Shown here: positions 25,990-36,040 of the stretch, one piece after another
How the letters are laid out: the number at the start of each line of letters is the position of its first letter
How positions within the stretch are numbered: the stretch's first letter is position 1
IMG/VR virus record: IMGVR_UViG_3300045988_180769
Span: 41,942-105,941 of that record
Length of the DNA: 64,000 bases
Origin: a virus
Direction: 5' to 3' (one strand)
Position numbers and translations under genes: made by a program
The notes under the pieces: model-generated
The model's input: only the letters and a program-made list of their open reading frames with translations
Told to the model about the DNA's origin: nothing
Database searches by the model: none

Positions 25990-28790
25990 TCTCTTTCTTC
26001 AGGTATTACAATTTTTCTTTTAAAAACTTTATTAAACCCTCTTATTATAGCCTTTTCTACAGCTTTGTCAATATCCTGCATCATTTCAGGTTTATTGGCA
26101 TCTTTATCTATTGGATCTGCTTTATAAATAGGACCATTTTCGTCAAAATATGTTCCCTTTCCTCTTTGATCGCCACCACCTCTTGTATTATTTGCTGTTT
26201 TACTCGTATTATCTCTAATCGCTTCTAATAAAGTTCTTAATTCTTTTGCTCCTAATCCAATCTGCCTGTTTGTATCACTGGCCTGAAGTCGAGCTCCAGT
26301 CCCAACTGTTTGTTGAGCTTCAGTAGGTTCGTATGCTCTGTTTGGAGTTTCTCTTAATTTTTTAAGATCTTCTGCGATTCGATCAAAAATTCGATTTATA
26401 ACATCTCCTGATTCTTCTCCAAAATCAAATTGTCTTCTAATATCCTGCCAACTCAAATTAGGAAACACTGACTTTAAAAGATTTATGAATTGCTCGTTGT
26501 TTTGAGAAAGATCTTTTAATTCTAATAAAAAATTCCTCATAAATTCTGGATCAGCATCTCCACTTCTAACCTGTTCAAGTTTTTCCATTGCTTCAGAATA
26601 TGTCTGTACACCTGGATTAACTTTTGTTAGCGTTCTTAACAATAATGCCTGTGTTGCTTCATCTTGTGAAATTCCACTTCCTGAATAAGCCTCTTGAAAT
26701 CGTTCTAACCTTCTACCACTAAAACTTGTTTCTGCTCTTACAGCATTCATAACAGCAGCAACTTTACCAGCGTCAAAATCACCTGCTTTTTCAAGAATAC
26801 TATCTGCTCTTTTATTGAATGTCTCCATTGACTCTTCCATTGTAGAAGCAATTTCTCTGAAAGACATGTTCAACTCTCTCATGGTCTTTTCAAAAGATCT
26901 AATTATTCCTGAGGAGCCATAATTGGTATTTCTTTCACCAAATCGTAATGAACCTTGTAATTTATCTGTGGCTGATGACGATATGCCAAACAATCTTTCT
27001 GCTGCGAGAGTCGATTTTCTTTCTTCCCATCCATATTGATCATATTCATTTGAACCCAAAGCTCGTCCACCTGCTGCTCTCGTTAATTCAGCATTACGCT
27101 GTAAAAAAGAACTTACATCCATACCAAGTGAATTCGCTGCATAACCACCTTCTCTAAAAGCAGTTTGCATTGATTGACCTGCTGTGCCTCCAAAAGTTTG
27201 TGTATATAAAGTATTTCTATTTTCTGCATCAAAATACTTTTGTATTGTTGCAACCATTTTATCTGCAGCTATATTTGCAGGTAATTCAATACTTCTCGCT
27301 ATTGTACTTCCAATAATAGGAATCCATCGATACATATCAGCTTCATTCGCAGCTTCCACTCTTTTTCTGTTTGCTGCAGTTTCAACTGTACCTTGATATT
27401 CTGCTCTTAAATCTGCTTCTTGATTTCTAAAATATCTATCTGTTAATGTGCTACCAATATTTTTCAATGCTGATAATGCAGTACCAGCGATTCCAAGAGT
27501 TCCAAGTAATCTACCTATAGACATTCCTGAAAATGAGTTTCGACCTGAACCTCCTGAACCACCTCCTGGAGTAGGAGTCGAACCTGAACCTCCTGAACCA
27601 CCTCCTCTTCTCACTTCAACAATTTCTGTTTCAAGTTTATCAACATTATCTTCAATCATAGAGATTGATTGAGATATAGTATCAAGATATCTATTTATTG
27701 ACGTTCTACTTGAATTATTTGAATTTGCTTTTTCAAAATCTTTAAGAGCATCAATTATATCCTTTCTCGATCCATTAACAGAACTATTTATTGCTGAAAG
27801 TGCTCTAAGAATGTTTGCATCGTCAAATGTTGACAATGGTTGTTGAAGTTGTGTTTCGCTTTGTCGAGATGTATCTGTTGATCGAGTTGCACTCTTATCG
27901 TCACTACTTTCTTCTTCGCGAACTACAACTTCTCTTTCAGGTTGCCTAACCTCAACAGGATCTTTTTCTGTTAGAGTTGTTGTGTTTTCTCTAATGGTTT
28001 CAACATTACGCTCAATGTTTGTAATATTTTCTCTAAGATTCTCGCAACAAGAAGTGTTGTTAACTGTTTTTTCGCTGTTATTTTCAGTTATATTTGAATT
28101 ATCAATTGTTTTGTTAGAATTATCTACATTCGTAACTGAATTATCAATATTCTCTACATGACGATTGATTTCACGAAGTGTCTCTCTTTCTTCTTCTCTC
28201 GCTGACGATTTTCTTTTTGGCTTTTCAGGTTGTTCAACATTCCATGATACAGAATCACCTTCTTCACTTATAACTGGCTCTCTTGTTACAGGAGGCTTTG
28301 GCCTCTTTACTGGTTCAGCTTTTGGACCTGAAACATCCCAAGTGATAGAGTTCTCAGTTTGATTAATAATTGGTTCTTCTCTTCTTTGGGAAGGTTTTTG
28401 TTGTTCAATAGAAGATTCTCTGAGACTTTGTCTTTCTTCACTTGGTTGTTCAACAATTGGTTCTTCAACAATTGACTCTTCTCTTCTGGGTTTTGCTTCT
28501 TCAGGAATTTGAACTTCTTTTGGTGTTGTAACTGGAGTAATAGGTCTTTGTGGAACTTGGTTTTCAAGAGATAGTGCTTGTTTCTTTAAGTCTACAAGAA
28601 GTCTTTCCAACTCAACTCTACTTTCCATTAAAGAAAGTTGTTCTTTAAGTTGTTCTATATTTCTTTCATTTTCTTGTGTACTTACAGAAGATGCTGTATT
28701 GATTTCTCTATATAAAGAAATAGCCTCTTCTCTTAACTGCCTTAGTGGAGAAGTATCTACACCAACCCTTATTCTTTTATCTTCAGCCAT
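25986..28790 (-). CDS. tail tape measure protein (934 aa)
   Basis: Located after the tube and two chaperone-sized genes. Has coiled-coil N-terminus, Glu/Pro/Lys-rich low-complexity region, Gly/Ser tract followed by a hydrophobic segment (GGGSGGSGSTPTPGGGSGGSG...IGRLLGTLGIAGTALSAL), and a long helical C-terminal half. Confidence 0.8.
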   Translation of the reverse strand: MAEDKRIRVGVDTSPLRQLREEAISLYREINTASSVSTQENERNIEQLKEQLSLMESRVELERLLVDLKKQALSLENQVPQRPITPVTTPKEVQIPEEAKPRREESIVEEPIVEQPSEERQSLRESSIEQQKPSQRREEPIINQTENSITWDVSGPKAEPVKRPKPPVTREPVISEEGDSVSWNVEQPEKPKRKSSAREEERETLREINRHVENIDNSVTNVDNSNKTIDNSNITENNSEKTVNNTSCCENLRENITNIERNVETIRENTTTLTEKDPVEVRQPEREVVVREEESSDDKSATRSTDTSRQSETQLQQPLSTFDDANILRALSAINSSVNGSRKDIIDALKDFEKANSNNSSRTSINRYLDTISQSISMIEDNVDKLETEIVEVRRGGGSGGSGSTPTPGGGSGGSGRNSFSGMSIGRLLGTLGIAGTALSALKNIGSTLTDRYFRNQEADLRAEYQGTVETAANRKRVEAANEADMYRWIPIIGSTIARSIELPANIAADKMVATIQKYFDAENRNTLYTQTFGGTAGQSMQTAFREGGYAANSLGMDVSSFLQRNAELTRAAGGRALGSNEYDQYGWEERKSTLAAERLFGISSSATDKLQGSLRFGERNTNYGSSGIIRSFEKTMRELNMSFREIASTMEESMETFNKRADSILEKAGDFDAGKVAAVMNAVRAETSFSGRRLERFQEAYSGSGISQDEATQALLLRTLTKVNPGVQTYSEAMEKLEQVRSGDADPEFMRNFLLELKDLSQNNEQFINLLKSVFPNLSWQDIRRQFDFGEESGDVINRIFDRIAEDLKKLRETPNRAYEPTEAQQTVGTGARLQASDTNRQIGLGAKELRTLLEAIRDNTSKTANNTRGGGDQRGKGTYFDENGPIYKADPIDKDANKPEMMQDIDKAVEKAIIRGFNKVFKRKIVIPEERE
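27544..27606 (-). repeat. 24-nt perfect direct repeat (cctgaacctcctgaaccacctcct) x2, 15-nt spacer, encoding the GGSGGSG tracts of the tape measure
   Basis: Copies read directly at 27544-27567 and 27583-27606. Confidence 0.85.
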
Positions 28791-29118
28791 TGTTCTCTTG
28801 TTCTGTATCTTCTTCGAATTTTTCTAACTCTGCAGCCTCTGCTCTGAACCTTTCAATATCATCTTGATTGATTTCTTCAGAATAATCTCTTTTCAGCCAT
28901 TCTCCTATATTAGGTGTATATGGATCATCATTATCTTGTTCTTTTATTGCCTTCGCAAAAAACACATCTTCTTGATACTCCATCATCTGTGCTGTAAAAG
29001 AACATTCCCTATGTTCAGATGATAAAAAAGAAACGTTATGCTTTTTTCGCCACCATCTGTCTATAGGGAACTTCTCATTCCATTGAATCATAAAAGTTTG
29101 TAATTCATCAATGGTCAT
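28783..29118 (-). CDS. tail assembly chaperone-like protein (111 aa, acidic C-terminus)
   Basis: Position between tube and tape measure; 8-nt overlap with the tape measure start. Confidence 0.55.
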   Translation of the reverse strand: MTIDELQTFMIQWNEKFPIDRWWRKKHNVSFLSSEHRECSFTAQMMEYQEDVFFAKAIKEQDNDDPYTPNIGEWLKRDYSEEINQDDIERFRAEAAELEKFEEDTEQENNG

Positions 29119-29130
29119 TTTTGTCTCAAA

Positions 29131-29466
29131 TTAAGTTATTCTCAATATCTCGTGGATTTCTTTTAAGAAAGGATAAATCTCCTCATCATAAATTTTTCTG
29201 ACCTCAACATAATCTTTCAATCCAAGATCTTTGAATCTCGTAACTTTCAAGTCACTGACCAAATCAGGCAACAATACTGATATTGTGGCTTCGATATCAA
29301 TCATATCCAATGCATCTTGTGCTGCCTTTGTTTTATTACCTAACAAAGCATTATAGAAACCTTTTCCCAATGCTTGTTTTGTTGCTTCAATATTATAATA
29401 TTGACCAACTGTAGGGAAGGAAAGTTTGTATTCCTTCCCCTTAACTCTTATGATCTTTTCGTCCAT
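29131..29466 (-). CDS. tail assembly chaperone-like protein (111 aa)
   Basis: Position directly after the tube gene. Confidence 0.55.
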   Translation of the reverse strand: MDEKIIRVKGKEYKLSFPTVGQYYNIEATKQALGKGFYNALLGNKTKAAQDALDMIDIEATISVLLPDLVSDLKVTRFKDLGLKDYVEVRKIYDEEIYPFLKEIHEILRIT

Positions 29467-29483
29467 ATTGTTATATTACAAAA

Positions 29484-29966
29484 TTATAATTCCAATGTTG
29501 AAATTGGGTTCAAGTAGATACCACTGATGTTATATCCTGCGACACCACCTTCAGCTAAACTAAACTGTTGATTGTTTACAAAACATGGATTCAGTAGTGC
29601 CATTGTTTGTCCAGTAGGATCAACTGATGTAACCATCTTTGTGTTGGAATCTTGTGACTGGATCGTTTTCGAATAAATCGCCAACGCAAATCCAAGTTCA
29701 CCTAACACTAAGGTGTCAACAATCGCTTTTACAGACCCAAGTCTATGCATCATACCTTCCAAAACTGGCTGTTTGAAGTCTAAAAAGAACTGGTCTACTG
29801 TAAAAGTACATTGGTATCCAACTGGAGGAACTTCCTGAAGTAATAAACTTCCTAAACCCTGTACATTCGCACGCGAAATTTGCTCTGCGAATTGCAGATT
29901 TCTTACATAACCTGCAACTTTGTTGTCTATCTTAATATACGCCTTTGGCGCTGTAAAAGTTGGCAT
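29484..29966 (-). CDS. tail tube protein (160 aa)
   Basis: Size and position immediately downstream of the sheath gene. Confidence 0.7.
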   Translation of the reverse strand: MPTFTAPKAYIKIDNKVAGYVRNLQFAEQISRANVQGLGSLLLQEVPPVGYQCTFTVDQFFLDFKQPVLEGMMHRLGSVKAIVDTLVLGELGFALAIYSKTIQSQDSNTKMVTSVDPTGQTMALLNPCFVNNQQFSLAEGGVAGYNISGIYLNPISTLEL

Positions 29967-29982
29967 AGTCTTAATTTTTTAA

Positions 29983-31629
29983 TTATCCTCGAATTAAGTA
30001 ACCAGTAAAGAACAACTTCGTAATTTCATTGTTCACTACTATTTTATAAGTTGTAAAGTAAGCATCGTCTTTGCGAACTGTAACAACATCCTTGAATGAC
30101 AGTAACAAATTATCTTGTTCATCTGTTGCTGTTCTTCCCTGCAAATATGCAACAGTCCAATCTTTAACAGCCCCTGCTGTAAGAGTATTGGCATTAACAC
30201 CATTTTCTTGACCTAAAAGATCAATAGATGCATTAACGATCAATTCTTTATTGATCTGTGCTACAACTCTCATGAACTGAATTGAATAAGATTGTCCTTT
30301 TGCATTGAACAAGTTTGCATTGTCCTGTAAAGTATTGACACCTTGAAGAACATTGAAACGACCAGTGTAATCGTTCAATACTGTAACAAGAACACCATAT
30401 TTCAATGCTTTCTTCTTTTCAGACTCTGACAAGATATGTTTTACACGATCTACACCAATCGTCTTAAATGTAACAGGAACATAAGGTGGCTTTCCAGATA
30501 CACGACCAACAATTGCACAAAGATTATAAATCGCAGGCCACCAGCGAATCTTTTGTGCGTCAAATGCTGAAACAACTCCTACTCCACTATGAACAACTTG
30601 TACATAAGGATTATTCATTGCGACAGCAATATCGATCGACTGTTGATATTGTGCAGCTTCATCATAACCTGCCAAATACAAGAAATGATCAAACTTAGCC
30701 TCTTTCATGTGAGTCAAGTAAGAACGAGTTGTTGGAGAATTTGCATTCGCACCAACCTGATCCAAAATGATTGCACTATAATCCATACCAGTAATTTGTT
30801 CCAATACAGCCTGAAAATCTGTTGAACTGAATGATTCAGTAGCTCCAGTAGCAAGGATATATGGTTTGCCATCAAGTGCTGCAGTAATATCGGCCTGTGT
30901 AATTGTACCATCACCTTCAACCTTTGAAGAAGGATCAAGAACAAATGCCAAACCAAAATTTGAATCATTAGTTGCCCAATCGATCAATTCCTGAACATTA
31001 TTGAACTCAGGTGATTCAAGTACCAATTCTGGATCAGCATTTTCCTGAGTAAGATCGCCATAAGGCAGTCCATCAGTATATGTTCCAGTATAAGTACCTC
31101 TCCAGAATTGTGCAATCCATTTTGTATTGTCTTCAACTCCAGGAATAAATGTCAATCCATAACCAAGTGTTAAAATTGGATTGCTTTCACCAAACAATGT
31201 TCCATTTGCAACTAAACCTTCATCGAGAGTTTTTACAGCAAACGTTCCACCTGCTGTTGTTGTTAATGTAATTGTTGCACCAGTTGTCGTTGCTGCACGA
31301 ACAAACTCAATCTCTGAAATACCAATAGCATCTGGATTGGTAGGATCTGGATCAAACAACGCTTCCGCTGCCTTCCACCACATTCCTCCTTTCATGAAAC
31401 CTCTGAAATCAGAAAGATTGTCAAAAATATAAATGGAGTTTTGTCCTTGTGTATTTTCTCCATTTATACCAGCACCACCACCAAAACCTGCTGAGTATGT
31501 ACCAGTATCAATTACAAGTACTTTTCCATAATCAAGATTACGAGCAGGACTTGACTCTCCACTTACAATGGTGCTATAAACACCAGGAAGAGAAATTTGT
31601 CTATTATTAAAATAAAACGTTGAACTCAT
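29983..31629 (-). CDS. contractile tail sheath protein (548 aa)
   Basis: N-terminal ...ISLPGVYSTIV and overall size are typical of sheath proteins, and a tube gene follows. The track start at 31665 is a TTG; ATG at 31629 (MSSTFYF...) is preferred. Confidence 0.8.
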   Translation of the reverse strand: MSSTFYFNNRQISLPGVYSTIVSGESSPARNLDYGKVLVIDTGTYSAGFGGGAGINGENTQGQNSIYIFDNLSDFRGFMKGGMWWKAAEALFDPDPTNPDAIGISEIEFVRAATTTGATITLTTTAGGTFAVKTLDEGLVANGTLFGESNPILTLGYGLTFIPGVEDNTKWIAQFWRGTYTGTYTDGLPYGDLTQENADPELVLESPEFNNVQELIDWATNDSNFGLAFVLDPSSKVEGDGTITQADITAALDGKPYILATGATESFSSTDFQAVLEQITGMDYSAIILDQVGANANSPTTRSYLTHMKEAKFDHFLYLAGYDEAAQYQQSIDIAVAMNNPYVQVVHSGVGVVSAFDAQKIRWWPAIYNLCAIVGRVSGKPPYVPVTFKTIGVDRVKHILSESEKKKALKYGVLVTVLNDYTGRFNVLQGVNTLQDNANLFNAKGQSYSIQFMRVVAQINKELIVNASIDLLGQENGVNANTLTAGAVKDWTVAYLQGRTATDEQDNLLLSFKDVVTVRKDDAYFTTYKIVVNNEITKLFFTGYLIRG

Positions 31630-31718
31630 AAAACATGAATTAAAATTTATACGAAATTTATTCAAACACCTAAATATCTACACTATTTCTGAATCTACAA
31701 AATAATTTGCCTTAAAAC

Positions 31719-32411
31719 TTAAACTATTTCAGACTCAACACCAGGTAGATCATAATCTCTTGTATAATTTTCACCAATAATCGCTGCTTTTCCTGCGTCT
31801 TCAAACAAAACTTTGTTCAAAAATTCAGTATTGATTAATGATGAAACGATCTGCTCAGAAGATAACTCCATTCGAATCGACCTTATAAAAATTGGAAGTG
31901 GAATAAGATCAGTTTGTGCCATAACCTCTGTCATGTTTATCTCTACTGTACTATAATAGTTTGCTAACCAATTGTACGACCCAAGAAGAAGTGCATATAA
32001 AACTTCAGACAACAATATGCTTTCCAAAATGTTATCTGAAAGACACATTATCTCTATCACTTCTTCTCTACTATCTCTTATTTCCCATGCTCCATCTGGA
32101 AATATGCTTCCAGTCATTTTTCCAATAGAATTAGCAGGTCCTTTTGATTTTCCTGGCTCTCTAATTACATAACATGGTAAAGATGTTTTGTCCTTTGGAA
32201 ATTCAAGACTAACAGTGATTTTCCTTGGATTAGATTGACTTCTTGTAAAAAGACTTTTGGCTTGTATATAGAAGTCAAAGTTACCATCTTTTGTTCCATT
32301 AAGCAATTTATAGAGAAAAGTGTCTTCCTCTGCTTTTCCACTTTTATATTCTAATGGAATATATTCAAGTACTCGTAGAACGAGGTCTTTTATTCGAATT
32401 ATTTCAATCAT
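31719..32411 (-). CDS. hypothetical neck / tail-completion protein (230 aa)
   Basis: Position between the head-completion genes and the sheath. Confidence 0.5.
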   Translation of the reverse strand: MIEIIRIKDLVLRVLEYIPLEYKSGKAEEDTFLYKLLNGTKDGNFDFYIQAKSLFTRSQSNPRKITVSLEFPKDKTSLPCYVIREPGKSKGPANSIGKMTGSIFPDGAWEIRDSREEVIEIMCLSDNILESILLSEVLYALLLGSYNWLANYYSTVEINMTEVMAQTDLIPLPIFIRSIRMELSSEQIVSSLINTEFLNKVLFEDAGKAAIIGENYTRDYDLPGVESEIV

Positions 32412-32412
32412 C

Positions 32413-33201
32413 TTATCTATTTTCTAATATTGATTTTAATGTCTCGTCAATCGCCATATCTGCAACTGTTTCAATGTTTGCAGATTCGAGAGCTCTATCC
32501 ATAAGATGTTTTGCTACGATACCACCATTGAACCAACTGTTTGGATCAGATTTATCACTCACTCTTCTGAATGTCATATATTCTCCTCTGTTTTCTTTTT
32601 CAGAACTTGAGGCTTTTACTCTTACCAATCCTTCATATTTTGCAGCTTTGTGAACATATTCAGGAACTTTTAATCCAGGCAAATTTATTTCTGCTCTCGA
32701 CCCTGGAAGTTGATATTGAGATGGAAGTTGTGATCTTTTTAATGGTTGTGGTGAAGTTTTTGCTAAATTATAGACTTCTTTTGGCATTATAGAGGAAAAT
32801 ATTCCAGATTCTGCAATCGCTTGTGGTGTTGCATGTCGAAAGGGAATTGTTAAATACCAACCAAGTCCATCTTTCTTGATCTTGGTCTTATTTGATTTTT
32901 GAAATCCAATTTTCTCGTCAAATGGTGCAGCACCTTCTTCAACCATAAGAGCTAATTTACTGGCTCTCGCTGAAAGACCAAAGATTACTTCAAGTCCTGA
33001 TGGTCTCTCTATATAAATTGCTCTTCTATATTCTTCTCTCGATTGTTTTAATTCTGTATCAATAAGTTTGTTCCATCTCGAACTATATTCTTGAACAATC
33101 CTATCTATAATGGCAGTTCCAAGTAAATCAGCTTCCCCTTGTCCAAGATTAAATTCTTCAACAACTTCACTTAAATCTATTCTTATGGGGAGTCCTGTCA
33201 T
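32413..33201 (-). CDS. hypothetical neck / head-tail joining protein (262 aa)
   Basis: Position; tight coupling with neighbours. Confidence 0.5.
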   Translation of the reverse strand: MTGLPIRIDLSEVVEEFNLGQGEADLLGTAIIDRIVQEYSSRWNKLIDTELKQSREEYRRAIYIERPSGLEVIFGLSARASKLALMVEEGAAPFDEKIGFQKSNKTKIKKDGLGWYLTIPFRHATPQAIAESGIFSSIMPKEVYNLAKTSPQPLKRSQLPSQYQLPGSRAEINLPGLKVPEYVHKAAKYEGLVRVKASSSEKENRGEYMTFRRVSDKSDPNSWFNGGIVAKHLMDRALESANIETVADMAIDETLKSILENR

Positions 33202-33974
33202 ATATTATCATTAATAATTACACCACTACCATCAAAATTTGGTTTCTCTATCGCAATCAAATGACTTCTTCTCGCTATCGCTTGTAAAGGAAGTTTTATT
33301 TCGAACATTTGCCCTGTTTTTCTGTTAGTATTCCAAGATGATCTTATCTCATGAGGAAGATCTAATACATGATATTCAGGACAATGTTTATAATAAACGC
33401 TTACAAAATTGTTAGAAGGTAATTCATCTAAATCCAAAATCAAACAATAAGGATTGTTTTCACTCACATGAGCTGCATTCGTTTTTTGAAGTTTTTCATT
33501 AGATGAAACAAAAGTATACATTCCTAATAAACTTTCAACTTGATATGTTGTAAAAACAAAATAAACATCACCATCACTTCGAATTTCCAAGTTTTCACTG
33601 AAATAAGAAATCTCTGACATAAATTTTATTCTGTCAAAATAGGAGAGATTGACTTTATCAACTTCCATTACAGTAATAGCAATTGTTCCAAGGAGTTCTT
33701 CAGACCAAGTCTTATATTGATTGTTTTGATTAACTCCTGTAATGAGTCCTTTTGTCTTTACTGGATTTACATAGAAATATCCTGTTCCAAAGCAATTTTG
33801 ACAATCAATCAGCGGAACTTCTTTTCCATGACATGGACATCTCATCGCTCTTTCTAAAATCACATCATAACCTTTCGCCCAAATCGCCTGATCGAAATCA
33901 GGCTTAATGAATTCAGGTCTAAAGTTACTGAGACCAGGTGATTTTTGATTTAATATGTTTTTTGACTCTGCCAT
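33198..33974 (-). CDS. hypothetical neck protein with zinc-ribbon (258 aa)
   Basis: CPCHGKEVPLIDCQNCFGTGYFY (CxC...CxxCxGxG). Confidence 0.5.
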   Translation of the reverse strand: MAESKNILNQKSPGLSNFRPEFIKPDFDQAIWAKGYDVILERAMRCPCHGKEVPLIDCQNCFGTGYFYVNPVKTKGLITGVNQNNQYKTWSEELLGTIAITVMEVDKVNLSYFDRIKFMSEISYFSENLEIRSDGDVYFVFTTYQVESLLGMYTFVSSNEKLQKTNAAHVSENNPYCLILDLDELPSNNFVSVYYKHCPEYHVLDLPHEIRSSWNTNRKTGQMFEIKLPLQAIARRSHLIAIEKPNFDGSGVIINDNI

Positions 33975-33976
33975 AA

Positions 33977-34645
33977 TTATATTAAGTGTTTTTGTACTTT
34001 TGGTGAAGAAAGCGCTTTTTGAATTCTTTCCTGAATAGAATTAATATCTTTTTTATAAATCCAAACATATCCATTACAAGAATTGAACTCTCCTTTGCAA
34101 CATTTACCTATACTCATGTTATCAAATCCTAATTCTCTTTTAATTTGATTTCTACTATTCCAACTTTTAACAAAATTTCCCTTTAAATCATATTGCAACA
34201 CTTCCTCTCTATTCTTATGACCTAAAGAAAGATTTAATTTTTCTTCTTCTGTATGAAGAATCCCTTTGTTCCAGACTCCTTTTATTTTTGCTCTTAATTT
34301 GATTTTTTCAGAAATTGAATTTCGAACTTCTAATGTAGGATTACTTTGACCATCTCCTCCAAAAGTGTTGTTTGTTAAATTAAATCCAAAACTCTTATAC
34401 AAAGCTATATAATGTATTTCCCAAAAATTAGAATCTGATTCTTCTACTATATCTATAATATTCATCAAAGGTCTAATATTTTGTTTTAAAAGAGATCTGA
34501 TCCAAGCTAATTTTTTAGATGTAGTTTTGCATTCAGAATCATAAATATGTCTTTTTAATCTTTGTTTAAGATTAATAGTCTTCCCAATGTAACGAATGTT
34601 GTTTTTAGGATACTCTAAACTATATATGAAAACTTTTCTTTCCAT
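33977..34645 (-). CDS. GIY-YIG homing endonuclease (I-TevI-like, free-standing)
   Basis: FIYSLEYPKNNIRYIGKT...RLKRH (GIY-x10-YIG...R) and an N..FGGDG segment. C-terminal NUMOD/IENR-like DNA-binding repeats (GHKNREEVLQYDLKGNFVKSWNS...CNGYVWIYK). TAATG overlap with the upstream gene. Confidence 0.8.
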   Translation of the reverse strand: MERKVFIYSLEYPKNNIRYIGKTINLKQRLKRHIYDSECKTTSKKLAWIRSLLKQNIRPLMNIIDIVEESDSNFWEIHYIALYKSFGFNLTNNTFGGDGQSNPTLEVRNSISEKIKLRAKIKGVWNKGILHTEEEKLNLSLGHKNREEVLQYDLKGNFVKSWNSRNQIKRELGFDNMSIGKCCKGEFNSCNGYVWIYKKDINSIQERIQKALSSPKVQKHLI

Positions 34646-35448
34646 TATATGACTCTAAATTTAACTTCGTCATAAACTAATTTAAGCCTACCAACAGTTT
34701 CTTTAATCTCTTTCTGATAATTTATTAAACGTGCTCCGTAACCAGCATTTTCAGCGGATGATGTTGTTGAAATGCTTTGACTCAAACCATCAATACTTAA
34801 AGATTGTGATGCAATACCTGCTGTTCCTAATATCAAGTCACCAGCGATATTCAATGGGCCAAAAGAAGCAGTCATTCCAACAACATTCAGCAAATCCATT
34901 GGCATTTGATCAATATCCCATCCTGTGATATATTGTATTCTCCAATAATCAGGTATATAATCAAATCTTTGCATTCCCACTTGAGAAGTAATGCCAGTCA
35001 AAATGACCTGTGCATTTCCTTGTGTAGTAGAAGCTCCAGTTGGAACAACACTTATTCTTCTCTTACCTTGTCCCATCACAAGATCGTATTCACAAAACAA
35101 CCATCCTTGAGGATAGATAATCTGTTCCATTTTATTAAGCATACCAATCATTGATAATGGGTCACGAACAGGATAATTTGTTTGCAAAATAGGGAATTGT
35201 TGCCAATAATCTTGTCTGTAGTAAGTTAACGATTGATCAACTAACTGCTTACAGAATTTAAGATTAAACCAATTTTCAACTTGTCGTTGTGCCATTTCGA
35301 TATATTTTCTCATAGCAACATTTGAAAAAACTGATCCTTCTCCTCCTTGGATTTTAATTCCATACAGATACAGAGCCCACATTTCTGCAACAGAAAATAC
35401 AAGTCCTGTATTCTTTTTATATTTTATTGTAAGTGTTAGTTGAGCCAT
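34645..35448 (-). CDS. putative head-tail adaptor/connector protein (267 aa; by position)
   Basis: Second gene after the major capsid gene, following the 189-aa coiled-coil ORF. Confidence 0.45.
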   Translation of the reverse strand: MAQLTLTIKYKKNTGLVFSVAEMWALYLYGIKIQGGEGSVFSNVAMRKYIEMAQRQVENWFNLKFCKQLVDQSLTYYRQDYWQQFPILQTNYPVRDPLSMIGMLNKMEQIIYPQGWLFCEYDLVMGQGKRRISVVPTGASTTQGNAQVILTGITSQVGMQRFDYIPDYWRIQYITGWDIDQMPMDLLNVVGMTASFGPLNIAGDLILGTAGIASQSLSIDGLSQSISTTSSAENAGYGARLINYQKEIKETVGRLKLVYDEVKFRVI

Positions 35449-35458
35449 AACTTTTGAA

Positions 35459-36028
35459 TTAACCTACCTTAGACAGAATCATATTGATAATTTCTTCTTT
35501 CTTTTTATCTTTAAGATCTGCCTCTTCGAAATTGCCATAGTCTTCTTCCATAGCGAGTGCTTTCAATTCAGCAACTTTCATTCCTTCCAAATCTTTGCGA
35601 ATTTCAGAAATTTCTTCGCTTTCATCAGCTTTTTCTTCAACCTTAGTTTCAGTTTTTTCTGAAGGTTTATTGAGTGTCAATTTAAAGACTTCTATTTCAT
35701 GTTTCAAATCTTCAACAACTTTCTTCCATGAAACAATTTCACCATCCTTGCGATTGATTTCACTCTTTTGAGCTTCAATGATGTTTTTCAGTCTTTTGAT
35801 TTCATCTTCAAATTCTTTATTGCCATCCTTCACATCTTTGCGAAGTTGTTCTTCAAACTTGGTGCGATATTCAGGTTCTTCTCCTTCTTTGAAAATGTTT
35901 GGGAATTTACGATCAACAATTTCTTGATATAATTCCTCTGAAACTTCTGCTTCACCATTTACAAACTTAACAACACCTTTACCAAACTTCAAAGATTGGT
36001 TTGAATAAACTCTACTTTTGACTTTCAT
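35459..36028 (-). CDS. coiled-coil protein with C-terminal HeH/Rho_N-like motif (189 aa)
   Basis: Lys/Glu-rich heptad region; MKVAELKALAMEEDYG...KKEEIINMIL resembles the Rho-N/SAP helix-extension-helix. Confidence 0.5.
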   Translation of the reverse strand: MKVKSRVYSNQSLKFGKGVVKFVNGEAEVSEELYQEIVDRKFPNIFKEGEEPEYRTKFEEQLRKDVKDGNKEFEDEIKRLKNIIEAQKSEINRKDGEIVSWKKVVEDLKHEIEVFKLTLNKPSEKTETKVEEKADESEEISEIRKDLEGMKVAELKALAMEEDYGNFEEADLKDKKKEEIINMILSKVG

Positions 36029-36040
36029 AATTTACGAATT

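Noticed and set aside
27900-28560. Low-complexity Glu/Pro/Lys and Asn-rich tracts in the tape measure (EPV..., VENIDNSVTNVDNSNKTIDNSNITENNS) as a separate feature or gene.
   Set aside because: They are in frame within the 934-aa tape measure ORF. Such linkers are common in tape measure proteins, so they are not treated as an independent element.
29100-29160. Possible programmed -1 frameshift (gpG/gpGT-like) joining the two 111-aa chaperone ORFs.
   Set aside because: The first ORF ends in TAA and a 12-nt spacer and an independent ATG follow. No slippery heptamer (XXXYYYZ) is visible near the stop, so they are treated as two separate genes.
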